Assembly: GCA_047975485.1 (NCBI GenBank)
Contig: JBKEDP010000021.1
Location: forward strand, 1,292 to 65,291
DNA: 64,000 nucleotides
Direction of reading: 5' to 3'
Origin: Vibrio sp.
GTDB taxonomy: Bacteria; Pseudomonadota; Gammaproteobacteria; Enterobacterales; Vibrionaceae
Positions 53,681-63,758 of the stretch are shown here, piece after piece. How positions within the stretch are numbered: position 1 is the stretch's first letter; each line of letters opens with the position of its first letter. The position numbers and the translations under genes are program-made. A model generated the notes under the pieces. The model ran no database searches, was not told where the DNA came from, and saw nothing but the letters and a program-made list of their open reading frames with translations.

Positions 53681-56173
53681 ATGAAAATGACAAGACGTGC
53701 GTTTGTTAAAGCAAACGCAGCCGCTTCCGCTGCCGCAGTGGCAGGGATAAGCCTTTCAGCCAAAGCGACTAACTTAATTGTCAGCTCTGATCAAACGGCT
53801 ATTAAATGGGATAAAGCACCGTGTCGCTTCTGTGGTACGGGCTGTTCTGTTTTGGTCGGCACACAAAATGGTCGCGTTGTGGCAACACAAGGTGACCCTG
53901 AAGCGCCAGTAAACAAAGGCTTAAACTGTATTAAAGGCTACTTCTTATCGAAAATCATGTACGGTAAAGATCGCCTAACTTCGCCACTGCTACGCATGAA
54001 AGATGGCAAATACGACAAGAACGGTGAGTTTACGCCAGTTTCTTGGGATCAAGCTTTCGATGTGATGGCAGAGAAATTCAAAAAATCACTTAAAGAAAAA
54101 GGCCCAACTAGCGTGGGTATGTTTGGTTCAGGTCAATGGACAGCAATGGAAGGTTACGCAGCGGTTAAGCTGATGAAAGCCGGTTTCCGTTCTAACAACA
54201 TCGACCCGAACGCACGTCACTGTATGGCTTCTGCGGTTGTAGGCTTTATGCGTACTTTCGGTATTGATGAGCCAATGGGTTGTTATGACGACTTCGAACA
54301 CGCAGATTCTTTCGTGCTTTGGGGTTCAAACATGGCAGAAATGCACCCTGTTCTTTGGACTCGCATTACTGACCGCCGTTTAAGTTTTGACCACGTTAAA
54401 GTAAACGTGCTTTCAACTTACTACCACCGTTCATTTGAATTAGCGGATCGCGGTATGGTTTTCCATCCTCAGTCTGACCTTGCGATTGCTAACTTCATTG
54501 CAAACTACATCATTGAAAACGATGCAGTTAACTGGGATTTCGTAAACAAACACACGCACTTTAAACAAGCAGCAACCGACATTGGTTACGGCTTGCGTGA
54601 TAATGATCCTCTACAAGTTAAAGCGAAAAATGCTAACTCTGATGCAATGAGCGACATCAGCTTTGAAGAATATAAAGCGTCGGTTGCACCTTACACCGTT
54701 GAGAAAGCATCTGAAATGTCTGGCGTATCGCAAGAAGATTTGATCGAGCTTGCGAAACAATATGCTGATCCAAAACGTAAAGTGATGTCACTTTGGACTA
54801 TGGGTATGAACCAACATACTCGTGGCGTTTGGATGCAAAGCTTAGTGTACAACCTACACTTACTAACCGGCAAAATCGCAGAGCCGGGTAACAGCCCATT
54901 CTCACTAACTGGTCAACCATCAGCTTGTGGTACAGCTCGTGAAGTCGGTACATTCGCACACCGTCTACCTGCTGACATGGTGGTTGCTAACCCAGAACAC
55001 CGTAAGATTGCAGAAAAAATCTGGAAACTGCCAGAAGGTACGATTCCACCAAAACCAGGCTTCCATGCTGTATTGCAAGACCGCATGCTAAAAGATGGCG
55101 TATTGAACTGTTACTGGGTTCAATGTAACAACAACATGCAAGCTGGTCCGAACATTAACACTGAACGTCTACCGGGTTTCCGTAACCCTGAAAACTTCAT
55201 CGTGGTTTCAGATCCATACCCAACGGTTACTGCACAAGCGGCTGACTTGATTCTTCCAACTGCTATGTGGGTAGAAAAAGAAGGCGTTTACGGTAACGCA
55301 GAGCGTCGTACTCAAGCTTGGTATCAACAAGTGAAACCTGTTGAAGGCGCACGTTCGGATTCTTGGCAGGTAATGGAATTCTCGAAACGCTTCAAGATGG
55401 AAGACGTGTGGCCAGAAGAACTATTAGCAAAAGCACCTGAATACCGTGGCAAATCGCTTTACGACATCTTGTTCCGTAATGGCCATGTCGATAAATTCCC
55501 GCTAGAAGAAGCGCAAGAGCTTAACGATGATGCGAAAGATGCTGGTTTCTACGTTCAAAAAGGTTTATTCGAAGAATACGCTTCATTCGGTCGCGGCCAC
55601 GGTCACGATTTAGCACCATACGATACTTACCACAAAGTACGCGGTTTACGTTGGCCTGTGGTTGATGGCAAAGAAACTCTATGGCGTTTCAACCCAGAAT
55701 ATGACCCATACGCAAAACGTGAAGGTCGTGACTTCTACGGTAAACCAGATGGTAAAGCGTTAATTATTTCGGCTCCGTACGAAGCGCCACCAGAAGTGCC
55801 AAATGAAGAATACGATATGTGGTTATGTACTGGCCGTGTTCTTGAACATTGGCACTCAGGCACCATGACTCGTCGTGTTCCTGAATTGTACAAAGCTGTT
55901 CCTGATGCACTTTGCTACATCCATCCAGATGATGCAGAAGCACGTAACTTACGCCGTGGTGATGAAGTATTAGTTCAATCGCCTCGTGGTGAAGTACGTG
56001 TTCGTGTAGAAACTCGTGGTCGTAACCGTCCGCCGCAAGGCTTGGTTTTCGTTCCTTTCTTTGATGCTCGCATCCTGATCAACAAATTGATCCTTGATGC
56101 AACTGACCCGCTATCTAAACAAACGGACTTTAAAAAGTGCCCTGTGAAGATAACGAAAGTCGCTAGCGTGTAA
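53681..56173 (+). CDS. napA: Periplasmic nitrate reductase catalytic subunit
   Basis: Tat motif [32 protein letters not shown]. Confidence 0.97.
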   Translation: MKMTRRAFVKANAAASAAAVAGISLSAKATNLIVSSDQTAIKWDKAPCRFCGTGCSVLVGTQNGRVVATQGDPEAPVNKGLNCIKGYFLSKIMYGKDRLTSPLLRMKDGKYDKNGEFTPVSWDQAFDVMAEKFKKSLKEKGPTSVGMFGSGQWTAMEGYAAVKLMKAGFRSNNIDPNARHCMASAVVGFMRTFGIDEPMGCYDDFEHADSFVLWGSNMAEMHPVLWTRITDRRLSFDHVKVNVLSTYYHRSFELADRGMVFHPQSDLAIANFIANYIIENDAVNWDFVNKHTHFKQAATDIGYGLRDNDPLQVKAKNANSDAMSDISFEEYKASVAPYTVEKASEMSGVSQEDLIELAKQYADPKRKVMSLWTMGMNQHTRGVWMQSLVYNLHLLTGKIAEPGNSPFSLTGQPSACGTAREVGTFAHRLPADMVVANPEHRKIAEKIWKLPEGTIPPKPGFHAVLQDRMLKDGVLNCYWVQCNNNMQAGPNINTERLPGFRNPENFIVVSDPYPTVTAQAADLILPTAMWVEKEGVYGNAERRTQAWYQQVKPVEGARSDSWQVMEFSKRFKMEDVWPEELLAKAPEYRGKSLYDILFRNGHVDKFPLEEAQELNDDAKDAGFYVQKGLFEEYASFGRGHGHDLAPYDTYHKVRGLRWPVVDGKETLWRFNPEYDPYAKREGRDFYGKPDGKALIISAPYEAPPEVPNEEYDMWLCTGRVLEHWHSGTMTRRVPELYKAVPDALCYIHPDDAEARNLRRGDEVLVQSPRGEVRVRVETRGRNRPPQGLVFVPFFDARILINKLILDATDPLSKQTDFKKCPVKITKVASV

Positions 56174-56266
56174 GGCACGTTCGAGCAATAAAAATTAAGG
56201 CGGTTTAACGATATTCAATCTGATAAATCGATGTATTAAACCGCCAACAAAGAATCGGAGAAGATT

Positions 56267-56782
56267 ATGAAAAAACTCATTATGGCACTGGTTGCAGCAG
56301 GCGCATTAGTCGTCGGTGCCGTCCAAGCGGAAGATGCGGCAAAAGAAGCCCCGAAAGCTCAAGAGGCTAAAACCGAACAAGCTAAAACGGAACTGAACAA
56401 TCCGGGCGGCATTGGTGGTTTGGAATCGCTACGTGGCGCAACTGAACTTGAAGCAACTCGCCCAGCGGACGACTTCAAACGTTTCCCTAAAGATCACCAA
56501 GTAGACAGTGATTATGTGTATCAGCCACCGTTGATCCCACATACGATTCGCAACTACGAAGTATCTTTGAACGCGAACAAATGTTTGGCTTGTCACAGCT
56601 GGAAAAATGCGAAAGAAATGGGCGCAACCAAAATCAGTGTAACTCACTATGTAAACCGTCAAGATGCCGTGCTTTCTGACGTTTCACCTCGTCGTTACTT
56701 CTGCTTGCAATGTCACGTTCCGCAAGCCGATGCTAAACCACTGGTTGAAAACGGTTTCGAACGAGTAGATTCACTTAAATAA
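56267..56782 (+). CDS. napB: Diheme cytochrome c subunit
   Basis: QPPLIPH, CLACH, RRYFCLQCHVPQ. Confidence 0.95.
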   Translation: MKKLIMALVAAGALVVGAVQAEDAAKEAPKAQEAKTEQAKTELNNPGGIGGLESLRGATELEATRPADDFKRFPKDHQVDSDYVYQPPLIPHTIRNYEVSLNANKCLACHSWKNAKEMGATKISVTHYVNRQDAVLSDVSPRRYFCLQCHVPQADAKPLVENGFERVDSLK

Positions 56783-56851
56783 ACGCTAAGTAGTGCCTAA
56801 GTAAGTGACGTTTTATAAGCAGAAACTTTACTTAGGCTAAGAGAGAAAAAT

Positions 56852-57424
56852 ATGAAAATATTAAAAAACTTCTGGAAGCGTTTATCGACACCAAGTAAGG
56901 CCGCAGCAGGCGTGATCCTGTTTATGGGCTTTATGGGCGGTCTACTCTTCTGGGGTGCATTCAACACCGGTATGGAAGCGACCAACACGGAAGAATTCTG
57001 TTCTGGCTGTCACGCCCCTATCGTGAAAGAAATTCGTGAAACTATTCACTATTCTAATCGTTCTGGTGTACGTGCTATTTGTTCTGACTGTCACGTTCCA
57101 CACCAATGGACAGACAAGATCGTGCGTAAAGTTCAGGCTTCAAAAGAGTTGGTTTATAACTTTATTGGCACTATCGACACTGAGGAAAAATTCCAAGCTC
57201 GCCGTGGTCATTTAGCGCACCGAGAATGGAAACGAATGAAAGACAATGATTCCAAAGAATGTCGTAACTGTCACCAGTTCAACTATATGGATTTCTCAGA
57301 ACAAGGCCCTCGTGCAGTGAAGCAACACTCAACTGCATTGGCTGATGGTGATAAAACCTGTGTAGACTGTCATAAAGGTATTGCGCACAAACTACCTGAT
57401 ATGAAAGATGTCGAAGGCTGGTAA
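56852..57424 (+). CDS. napC: Tetraheme cytochrome c (NapC/NirT)
   Basis: N-terminal TM, four CxxCH, HKGIAHKLP. Confidence 0.95.
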   Translation: MKILKNFWKRLSTPSKAAAGVILFMGFMGGLLFWGAFNTGMEATNTEEFCSGCHAPIVKEIRETIHYSNRSGVRAICSDCHVPHQWTDKIVRKVQASKELVYNFIGTIDTEEKFQARRGHLAHREWKRMKDNDSKECRNCHQFNYMDFSEQGPRAVKQHSTALADGDKTCVDCHKGIAHKLPDMKDVEGW

Positions 57425-57451
57425 TCCCTTCGTTCTTAAAAGGAAAGAATT

Positions 57452-57589
57452 ATGAGTACTTTAGAATACGTTATCTGGCATATTTTAGGTTATGCCGCCA
57501 TGCCAGCGATTATCTTAGGCGGATTTGTTGCAGTAGCGGTGATTTGCATTTGGATTTTATCGCTAACCAAGGATAAACAAATCGACTAA
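57452..57589 (+). CDS. Small membrane protein after napC (TIGR02808-like)
   Basis: Manual translation MSTLEYVIWHILGYAAMPAIILGGFVAVAVICIWILSLTKDKQID; AAGGA RBS; below the ORF-track length cut-off. Confidence 0.8.
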   Translation: MSTLEYVIWHILGYAAMPAIILGGFVAVAVICIWILSLTKDKQID

Positions 57590-57622
57590 TAAACGGTTTA
57601 TAAAACAGTTTACTAATCAAAT

Positions 57623-57658
57623 TAAAGCCCATTCGAGTTAAATCGAGTGGGCTTTGTT
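57623..57658 (+). terminator. nap operon terminator, followed by (GTTTTAG)n
   Basis: AAAGCCCATTCGA...TCGAGTGGGCTTT. Confidence 0.75.
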
Positions 57659-57715
57659 TTAGGTTTTAGGTTTTAGGTTTTAAATATCTGTTTTTGAAAT
57701 TTTACAGCAAGAAAA

Positions 57716-58117
57716 TCAAGCTGCAGACTGGTTAATTTCCAGTTGCAGCAGGTAATGCTCTAATTCAGAATCCGTCACTATTTCAAAATCAGTAAACAAG
57801 GCTACAGGTTTTAAAGATTTACCATTCCCCTGTTCTAAACGTACAAATCCTTTCTCACTCAATGCTTTCAACGTATTCGATAAATTCGATTTTGCCCGCC
57901 CAGTCATTTCAGCTAACTGAGTTAAACTTTCTGGCCGTTCCGAATCCATCAAACGTAATAATTCGATATTTTCTGGCCTTAAAACCTGAGAAATTGCATT
58001 AAGGGATGTATACCAAACCTTTGGCTCATTTGGCTGTGGCTTATACTTCCCTTGAGCAATAGCAAGCAACCGCATACGGATTAACTTTTCAGACATAATT
58101 CCAATTCTTGCTTTCAT
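57716..58117 (-). CDS. HTH DNA-binding protein, putative antitoxin
   Basis: FxS-like WYTSLNAISQVL, PESLTQLAEMTGRAKSNLSNTLKALSEKGFVRL wHTH. Confidence 0.75.
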   Translation of the reverse strand: MKARIGIMSEKLIRMRLLAIAQGKYKPQPNEPKVWYTSLNAISQVLRPENIELLRLMDSERPESLTQLAEMTGRAKSNLSNTLKALSEKGFVRLEQGNGKSLKPVALFTDFEIVTDSELEHYLLQLEINQSAA

Positions 58118-58118
58118 G

Positions 58119-58481
58119 TTACTTCCTCTCTATTGCCGCAATTGTTTTATCGATACCTTCAAAGAAATCCTGAAGTAATGTATAACAATCAGAAAACTCA
58201 TAAGGCGTACCTTGATCAACAGTTGATTTGTGAAAGTGGTCATATTCATAACGCTTACCACTGAATTTTTTTACTTTCGGTGGCTTAACTGCATGAGCGT
58301 TATCATGACCAAATATTCGCTTATTATATTGATTATGCAGAGTGAGATTGTAACGAATACCATGGGGACGCTCTTTGCTTGATGGAACAAGCCAAGCTTC
58401 AATTTTCCACCAATAGCCATCATCTCGATAAACTAGTTCACCATGCATACTCAATAAGACTTCAATCCCGTTCACAATCAT
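58119..58481 (-). CDS. DUF6516/TumE-like putative toxin
   Basis: RPHGIRYNLTLH, RIFGHDNAH, YDHFH, LLQDFF; 1 bp from the HTH gene. Confidence 0.65.
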   Translation of the reverse strand: MIVNGIEVLLSMHGELVYRDDGYWWKIEAWLVPSSKERPHGIRYNLTLHNQYNKRIFGHDNAHAVKPPKVKKFSGKRYEYDHFHKSTVDQGTPYEFSDCYTLLQDFFEGIDKTIAAIERK

Positions 58482-58494
58482 AACTCCAAATCAA

Positions 58495-58515
58495 TGTTAT
58501 GACCAGTGCATAACA
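58495..58515. promoter_or_regulatory. Palindromic operator upstream of the TA-like pair
   Basis: TGTTATG-accagtg-CATAACA, 14 bp upstream of the start codon. Confidence 0.55.
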
Positions 58516-58670
58516 AAATTATTTACATCGAGCAAAATAAAAAACTTTCAGTCGGTTGTATCGTATTCAATTGTGGTTTTGCGAAACATATCGGGCTAAT
58601 TCATGTGGCCAAGATAAGGTGGGTGTCTGTTTTTCGAATGACTCCAAAAGTTTGGCTAATCTAATAATGA

Positions 58671-58705
58671 CAAAACCCACCAGAGTGATGCTCTAGTGGG
58701 TTTTG
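58671..58705. terminator. Intrinsic terminator-like hairpin
   Basis: CAAAACCCAC...GTGGGTTTTG. Confidence 0.6.
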
Positions 58706-58894
58706 TTTTTATCGTAGCTGTGCAGGCTCCAACTACATTGATCACATTCCAAATACTCTCAAATTGGGATTTTCATCACACTCATTAATTCAGTTTTGCA
58801 ATCATGATCACGCTTTCAAACCATTCCTATTTTTTCCTAAAATTTTTCAACACTCTCCAAATGTAAATATTTATTTCATGGGATAGATTCAATC

Positions 58895-60481
58895 TCAAGA
58901 CGAAATAAGTGAATCAGCAAAGCTGCGCAAACGTTCAGAGCTCAGCAACAAAGGCAACGCTGAATAGAGAGGAGCGGTTTTATCTTGGCAGAAATCATCG
59001 AGTTGATCGGCCAGTTGATATAGTGCTTGATGATGCTGCTCTAAGGTTAAAAACAGATTGCTATGATCGTTATAGTGCTCTAACCACAAGAAGTCGGTAG
59101 CAGCGAGTGTGACTTTTTGGAACATTTCGCCATAAACCTGTGCGATTTCCCATGAATCAATCACTTGTTGGAAGTAGCCGTTTGGGTCAATAACAGAAGA
59201 ACGAATAGTATTTAAGTTATGTAATTGTTGGCGACAAATAAACTGGGATTTTTCTTTCTCTAATTGAATTTGCTCTTTTTGATTTAGCCCAGTATCGATG
59301 TCATCAACGGGAAAAAGAAGTTGGAAAGCCTGATCTCGACGAGCACTACGGGTATCCATGTGTATTAATTGCTGAGCCTGCTTCATATTTTCTGGAATTT
59401 GGCTTTGGTAATGCAGACAGCGACCAAGCACATTTGGAATGCTTAACAACCATGAATGACTGGCTTTTAAAGAGGCAAAAAACATATCTTGCGCAAATCT
59501 TGAACTAAATTGGACTTGAGTAAAATCGAGCCATGCTTTTTCTAGCGCAAGATCATTATGTGATGAAAAGTGATCCGGTTCCGACTGGTTAATCAATTTA
59601 AGGCCAAGCAGATTAACTATGTTTACGGAATCTAATGCGGTATGACTTGGAACCCATTGCCAAGAGACTTTAGTTACGATGGCTTCAATCCCCTCTCCTT
59701 CTAGGCTCATAGCCCAAGTGAGACGCTGTTGAATCTCGTCGACTAAATAACAAGGCACATATGACCAACCGTAACCTAAGCCCCAGGCTTCATATTCAAT
59801 CCATTTAGGATGATTAGGCAACATGGTTAAGTGAGGATTATTAGCAAACCCAGGATGAAAATTGAGTTCGGTCGCTTTACAGGAAGCTCGAACATCATTC
59901 GGTAATTTAGACATAACGGTAACCAATTGACGACGAGGAAAATCAGAATCAAAAAAATCTCGTACGACAAACTTTTTCCCGTGCTGTCGCAGTCGCTTCC
60001 ATGTGTTTTCAAGAGCTGCGTACCAGTGTTCAGTGTGAATATCTGGAATGGTGACACTAAAAATAACACCACTAATGGTTGGGCAAAAAATTAAGACTGA
60101 ATCAATGATGGAATTATAGAAATTAGACCAAAAATTTTTCTGCATCGCATTCGAACCATATTCAATGTATTTGCGATGTAAAACATCAACAGCTGGATTC
60201 GATTCTCCTTGGATCCAAAACGACATGTTTTTTTGGTTAAGGTACTGGGCCACTTTTTTTAAATATACCCACGCATAGTTTTTTTGATGAGGCAAATTTT
60301 CGCTTTCAGCTTGAACACCATATTCCGGCATGGGAGCAAGAATAGAAATCAGTTCTTGTTGATGAAAAATAATCCCTGTGTAGCCAAGTGTTTCGGCTTT
60401 ATCTACACACAGGCAGAACCAATGCCAGTTCCATGAGAAGGGACTATTTAACTCCATTAATAGATGCGGTACATGCTTCAT
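58895..60481 (-). CDS. Hypothetical protein, possible glycoside-hydrolase-like barrel
   Basis: ~530-aa ORF divergent from GH28; no recognised family. Confidence 0.7.
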   Translation of the reverse strand: MKHVPHLLMELNSPFSWNWHWFCLCVDKAETLGYTGIIFHQQELISILAPMPEYGVQAESENLPHQKNYAWVYLKKVAQYLNQKNMSFWIQGESNPAVDVLHRKYIEYGSNAMQKNFWSNFYNSIIDSVLIFCPTISGVIFSVTIPDIHTEHWYAALENTWKRLRQHGKKFVVRDFFDSDFPRRQLVTVMSKLPNDVRASCKATELNFHPGFANNPHLTMLPNHPKWIEYEAWGLGYGWSYVPCYLVDEIQQRLTWAMSLEGEGIEAIVTKVSWQWVPSHTALDSVNIVNLLGLKLINQSEPDHFSSHNDLALEKAWLDFTQVQFSSRFAQDMFFASLKASHSWLLSIPNVLGRCLHYQSQIPENMKQAQQLIHMDTRSARRDQAFQLLFPVDDIDTGLNQKEQIQLEKEKSQFICRQQLHNLNTIRSSVIDPNGYFQQVIDSWEIAQVYGEMFQKVTLAATDFLWLEHYNDHSNLFLTLEQHHQALYQLADQLDDFCQDKTAPLYSALPLLLSSERLRSFADSLISS

Positions 60482-60542
60482 TCTGTATTTCACCAAATTG
60501 ATTAGCTTTATTTTTTAATAATATACCACCGAGGTTAGAAAC

Positions 60543-61868
60543 ATGATTACTTATTTAGACGATGCTGATATTTGCCGAAAAGGTAATACGCTTGTTACAG
60601 AATTAATACAAAAACGTATTGATGAAATAGCGGCATCAGGTGGTGGTAAATTAATTATTCCTGCGGGGCGCTATTTATGTTCAAGCCTTGTACTTCCATC
60701 TAATTTTGAGCTTTGTTTTGAACCGGGCGCTGAGTTAATTGCCAGTGACAACATTGAAGATTATTACCATGTGACAACGCAATCGATGGCGGAACTTTCT
60801 TACCGTGCTCTTATTTATGCAAAAGACGCCACTAACGTCACCATTAACGGCGGTTTACTTATTGGACAGGGTGAGAAGTGGTTTGCTAAGGAAGCCGATG
60901 CAGCTGGTTATCGCATGCCGGAATCTGAACGCCCTCGTATGTTAGTAATGGAAGACTGTGATCAAATTACATTGCGAGATCTAAAAATCTACCATTCACC
61001 AATGTGGACAATTCATCTTGCCTGCTGTCGCGACATTAATATCGATAATGTAAAAATAGAAAACGATCTACACCTAGCAAATACCGATTCTTTGGATATT
61101 GATAGCTGTCATCACGTTCGTATTTCCAATTGTTATTTTAGTGCCGCAGATGATGGCGTATGCATCAAAACAACGAAAAAGAACTTCGGCCGCTGGATGA
61201 ACACTCAGAATGTTACCGTCACTAACTGTGTGATCCGCTCTCGTGGTGGCGCAATTAAAGTGGGCACAGAAACCTTTGGTAACGTTGAGAATATCGTTGC
61301 AAACAACATCACGGTATTTGATTCCAACCGAGCAGTGGCATTAGTTTCCCGTGACGGTGGCCACCTGCGCCATATGATTTTCAGCAATATCACCTTCGAA
61401 AGCCGTTTGTGTGCAGCCAATCATTGGGGTAGAGCTGAACCAGTTGGCATCAGTTTGCGTTACCGAAATCCTGACATTACTCCAGGTAATATTGAGAACA
61501 TCATCTTCCAAAACTTAACCGGTACCTCCCAAGGTGCAATCAGTTTATACAGTGAAGTCGATAACGCTATCAGCGGAATTTCCTTTAACAAGGTATCGCT
61601 AAAACAACAATTATCTCAAAACCCAGGCTTTGGTACCTACGACGTTCGTCCGCCATGCAACCCTGATAACCCTACCGGAATGGGTATTGATAACAGTTAT
61701 AAATTTAACCCTGAAACAGGTCATCCATTTGGCGTAAATATATATGAAGGAGGAATATCTGGTTTCTACATTTACAACGTTAGAGATGTGGCGATTACGG
61801 ATTTTCATTTAGAAAAAGAAGATCCAGACAACACTTGCTGGAATAAAGAAGAAATCGTCACTGTTTAA
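60543..61868 (+). CDS. Glycoside hydrolase family 28 (galacturonidase-like), no signal peptide
   Basis: GGGKLIIPAGRY, SPMWTIH, NTDSLD, ADDGVCIK, AIKVGTE. Confidence 0.85.
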   Translation: MITYLDDADICRKGNTLVTELIQKRIDEIAASGGGKLIIPAGRYLCSSLVLPSNFELCFEPGAELIASDNIEDYYHVTTQSMAELSYRALIYAKDATNVTINGGLLIGQGEKWFAKEADAAGYRMPESERPRMLVMEDCDQITLRDLKIYHSPMWTIHLACCRDINIDNVKIENDLHLANTDSLDIDSCHHVRISNCYFSAADDGVCIKTTKKNFGRWMNTQNVTVTNCVIRSRGGAIKVGTETFGNVENIVANNITVFDSNRAVALVSRDGGHLRHMIFSNITFESRLCAANHWGRAEPVGISLRYRNPDITPGNIENIIFQNLTGTSQGAISLYSEVDNAISGISFNKVSLKQQLSQNPGFGTYDVRPPCNPDNPTGMGIDNSYKFNPETGHPFGVNIYEGGISGFYIYNVRDVAITDFHLEKEDPDNTCWNKEEIVTV

Positions 61869-61946
61869 TTTAACCTACAGATTTATTTAGCTTGCGGTAT
61901 TTATGTTCAATGCCGCAAAACAACACAACTATAAATTTAATTAAAC

Positions 61947-63521
61947 ATGGGTAGTCCTATGAATTCTAATGAACGTGTTTTTAAACCCTACAACTATTTA
62001 TGTTATGGATTAGCTGATGTTATTGGTTCAGGTGCATTTACGCTGATCAGTGCATGGTTATTATTTTTCTTAACAACATTTTGTGGATTAAGCCCAATTG
62101 AGGCTGGTTCTCTATTTGCCATCGCTCGTATAATGGACGTAATACTGAGCCCAACTATTGGATACATTTCAGATAACTTCCATAAAACTAAATTAGGTCG
62201 TCGTTTTGGCCGCCGACGTTTCTTCTTAATTATTTGTGTCCCTTTTGTCTTTGTTTATTCTTTACTTTGGACACAAGGTCTTAGTTATTTGACCTATCTG
62301 CTAGCCTACATTGCATTTGAAATTGTCTATATGATGATTTTAATTCCGTACGATACCCTTGCTGCGGAAATGACGTCTGATTTCTCTAAACGCTCAAAAC
62401 TAACCAGTGCTCGTATGTATGTGGCACAAATCGCTAGCTTTGCTTCTGCGTTTATCCCTGGCCGACTAATTGACTATTTTGGTCAAGAATCTGCTTCTTC
62501 TTTCTTCTACGCAGGTCTTATCTTCTCAGCTTCTTTTGCTATCGTTTTATTTTTTGTGTATTTCGGCACTTGGGAACGCTCAGTTGAAGAAATTGAAGCT
62601 TATGAGAAAGAGCTACCGCCAAAAGAAAAAACCTCAATTGCAAAACAGGCTTACTACATTTACTACGATTTTGTATCTACATTGAAAATCAAAGCATTCC
62701 GCTCAGAACTTGGTATGTATTTAGGTGGTTCTGTTGGTCAAGATGTATTCAATGCAGTATTTACTTACTTTGTGGTATTCGGTTTAGTCACATCTTCAGC
62801 GATTGCAGCTAATGCTTTAACTATTGTGACTGGCTTCCAATTCTTTGGTGTAACAGTGGCAACATGGCTAACCTTACGCAACTCACCAACTAAAGCGTAC
62901 ATCATCCAAGGCTGCATGGCTTTACTCGCTTTTGTGATGTTTGGCTTGTCTTACTATTCTTCACAATGGTCAATGTTCATCTTATACAGTGCAGCGGTTG
63001 TCGCAGGTCTTGCTCGCGGCGGTATGTACTCAATTCCTTGGAACACATACACCTTTGTAGCAGATATTGATGAAGTTTTAACTCGCCAACGTCGTGAAGG
63101 TATTTTTGCAGGATTCATGAGCTTATTGCGCAAAACTTGCCAAGCTATGTCTATGTTCCTTGTAGGTGCAGCTCTTGAGTACTCTGGCTTTATGTCTGGT
63201 GTGAAAACTCAACCTCAATCAGCAATCGATACCATTATGATCATCATGGTGATACTGCCATTTGCTTTGACTCTTTGGGGTATTTACGCAGCAACACAAT
63301 TCAAAGTTGATGGTAAAACTCACGCCGTTCTTTGTAATGAAGTTGCTCGCCTAAAACAAGGCGGAAAACTTGAAGAAACAGCTCCTGAAGTTCAAGCAAC
63401 GATTGAAGCGATGACAGGTTTACCTTGGAAAAAATCTTGGGGAAATAACGATATCGGCCACATTAATAAGGTTCATAATTCAACGCCAAAACCACAGGCA
63501 AGAACTGAAGCGCCAATTTAG
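61947..63521 (+). CDS. GPH-family (glycoside-pentoside-hexuronide) MFS transporter, TogT/RhiT-like
   Basis: YGLADVIGSG, RFGRRRFF, IPYDTLAAEMT, DIDEVLTRQRREGIFAG. Confidence 0.85.
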   Translation: MGSPMNSNERVFKPYNYLCYGLADVIGSGAFTLISAWLLFFLTTFCGLSPIEAGSLFAIARIMDVILSPTIGYISDNFHKTKLGRRFGRRRFFLIICVPFVFVYSLLWTQGLSYLTYLLAYIAFEIVYMMILIPYDTLAAEMTSDFSKRSKLTSARMYVAQIASFASAFIPGRLIDYFGQESASSFFYAGLIFSASFAIVLFFVYFGTWERSVEEIEAYEKELPPKEKTSIAKQAYYIYYDFVSTLKIKAFRSELGMYLGGSVGQDVFNAVFTYFVVFGLVTSSAIAANALTIVTGFQFFGVTVATWLTLRNSPTKAYIIQGCMALLAFVMFGLSYYSSQWSMFILYSAAVVAGLARGGMYSIPWNTYTFVADIDEVLTRQRREGIFAGFMSLLRKTCQAMSMFLVGAALEYSGFMSGVKTQPQSAIDTIMIIMVILPFALTLWGIYAATQFKVDGKTHAVLCNEVARLKQGGKLEETAPEVQATIEAMTGLPWKKSWGNNDIGHINKVHNSTPKPQARTEAPI

Positions 63522-63592
63522 TTATCAGCCCATAAAATATTTATCAACGACTAATAGTATTTTAAACCCTGATTGAAGCAACTCTTAGCTTA

Positions 63593-63627
63593 ACCCCCAT
63601 ATCGTCGAACCGTATGGGGGTATTTTC
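63593..63627 (+). terminator. Terminator after the GPH transporter
   Basis: ACCCCCATA...TATGGGGGTATTTT. Confidence 0.7.
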
Positions 63628-63758
63628 ATACAATATATTTAGAGATCTTAATTTCCTTCCATATATGCGTTGGAAATTTGGATATTGTTTATAGTAAATA
63701 TTGCTCACTAACTGTATAAAAAGATAACACCATTCGAAAACAAATAAGGGAATTAATT

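Noticed and set aside
58516..58710. Possible gene remnant or attachment site beside the TA-like pair
   Set aside because: No recognisable coding similarity, flanking direct repeats or integrase; only a terminator-like hairpin is supportable
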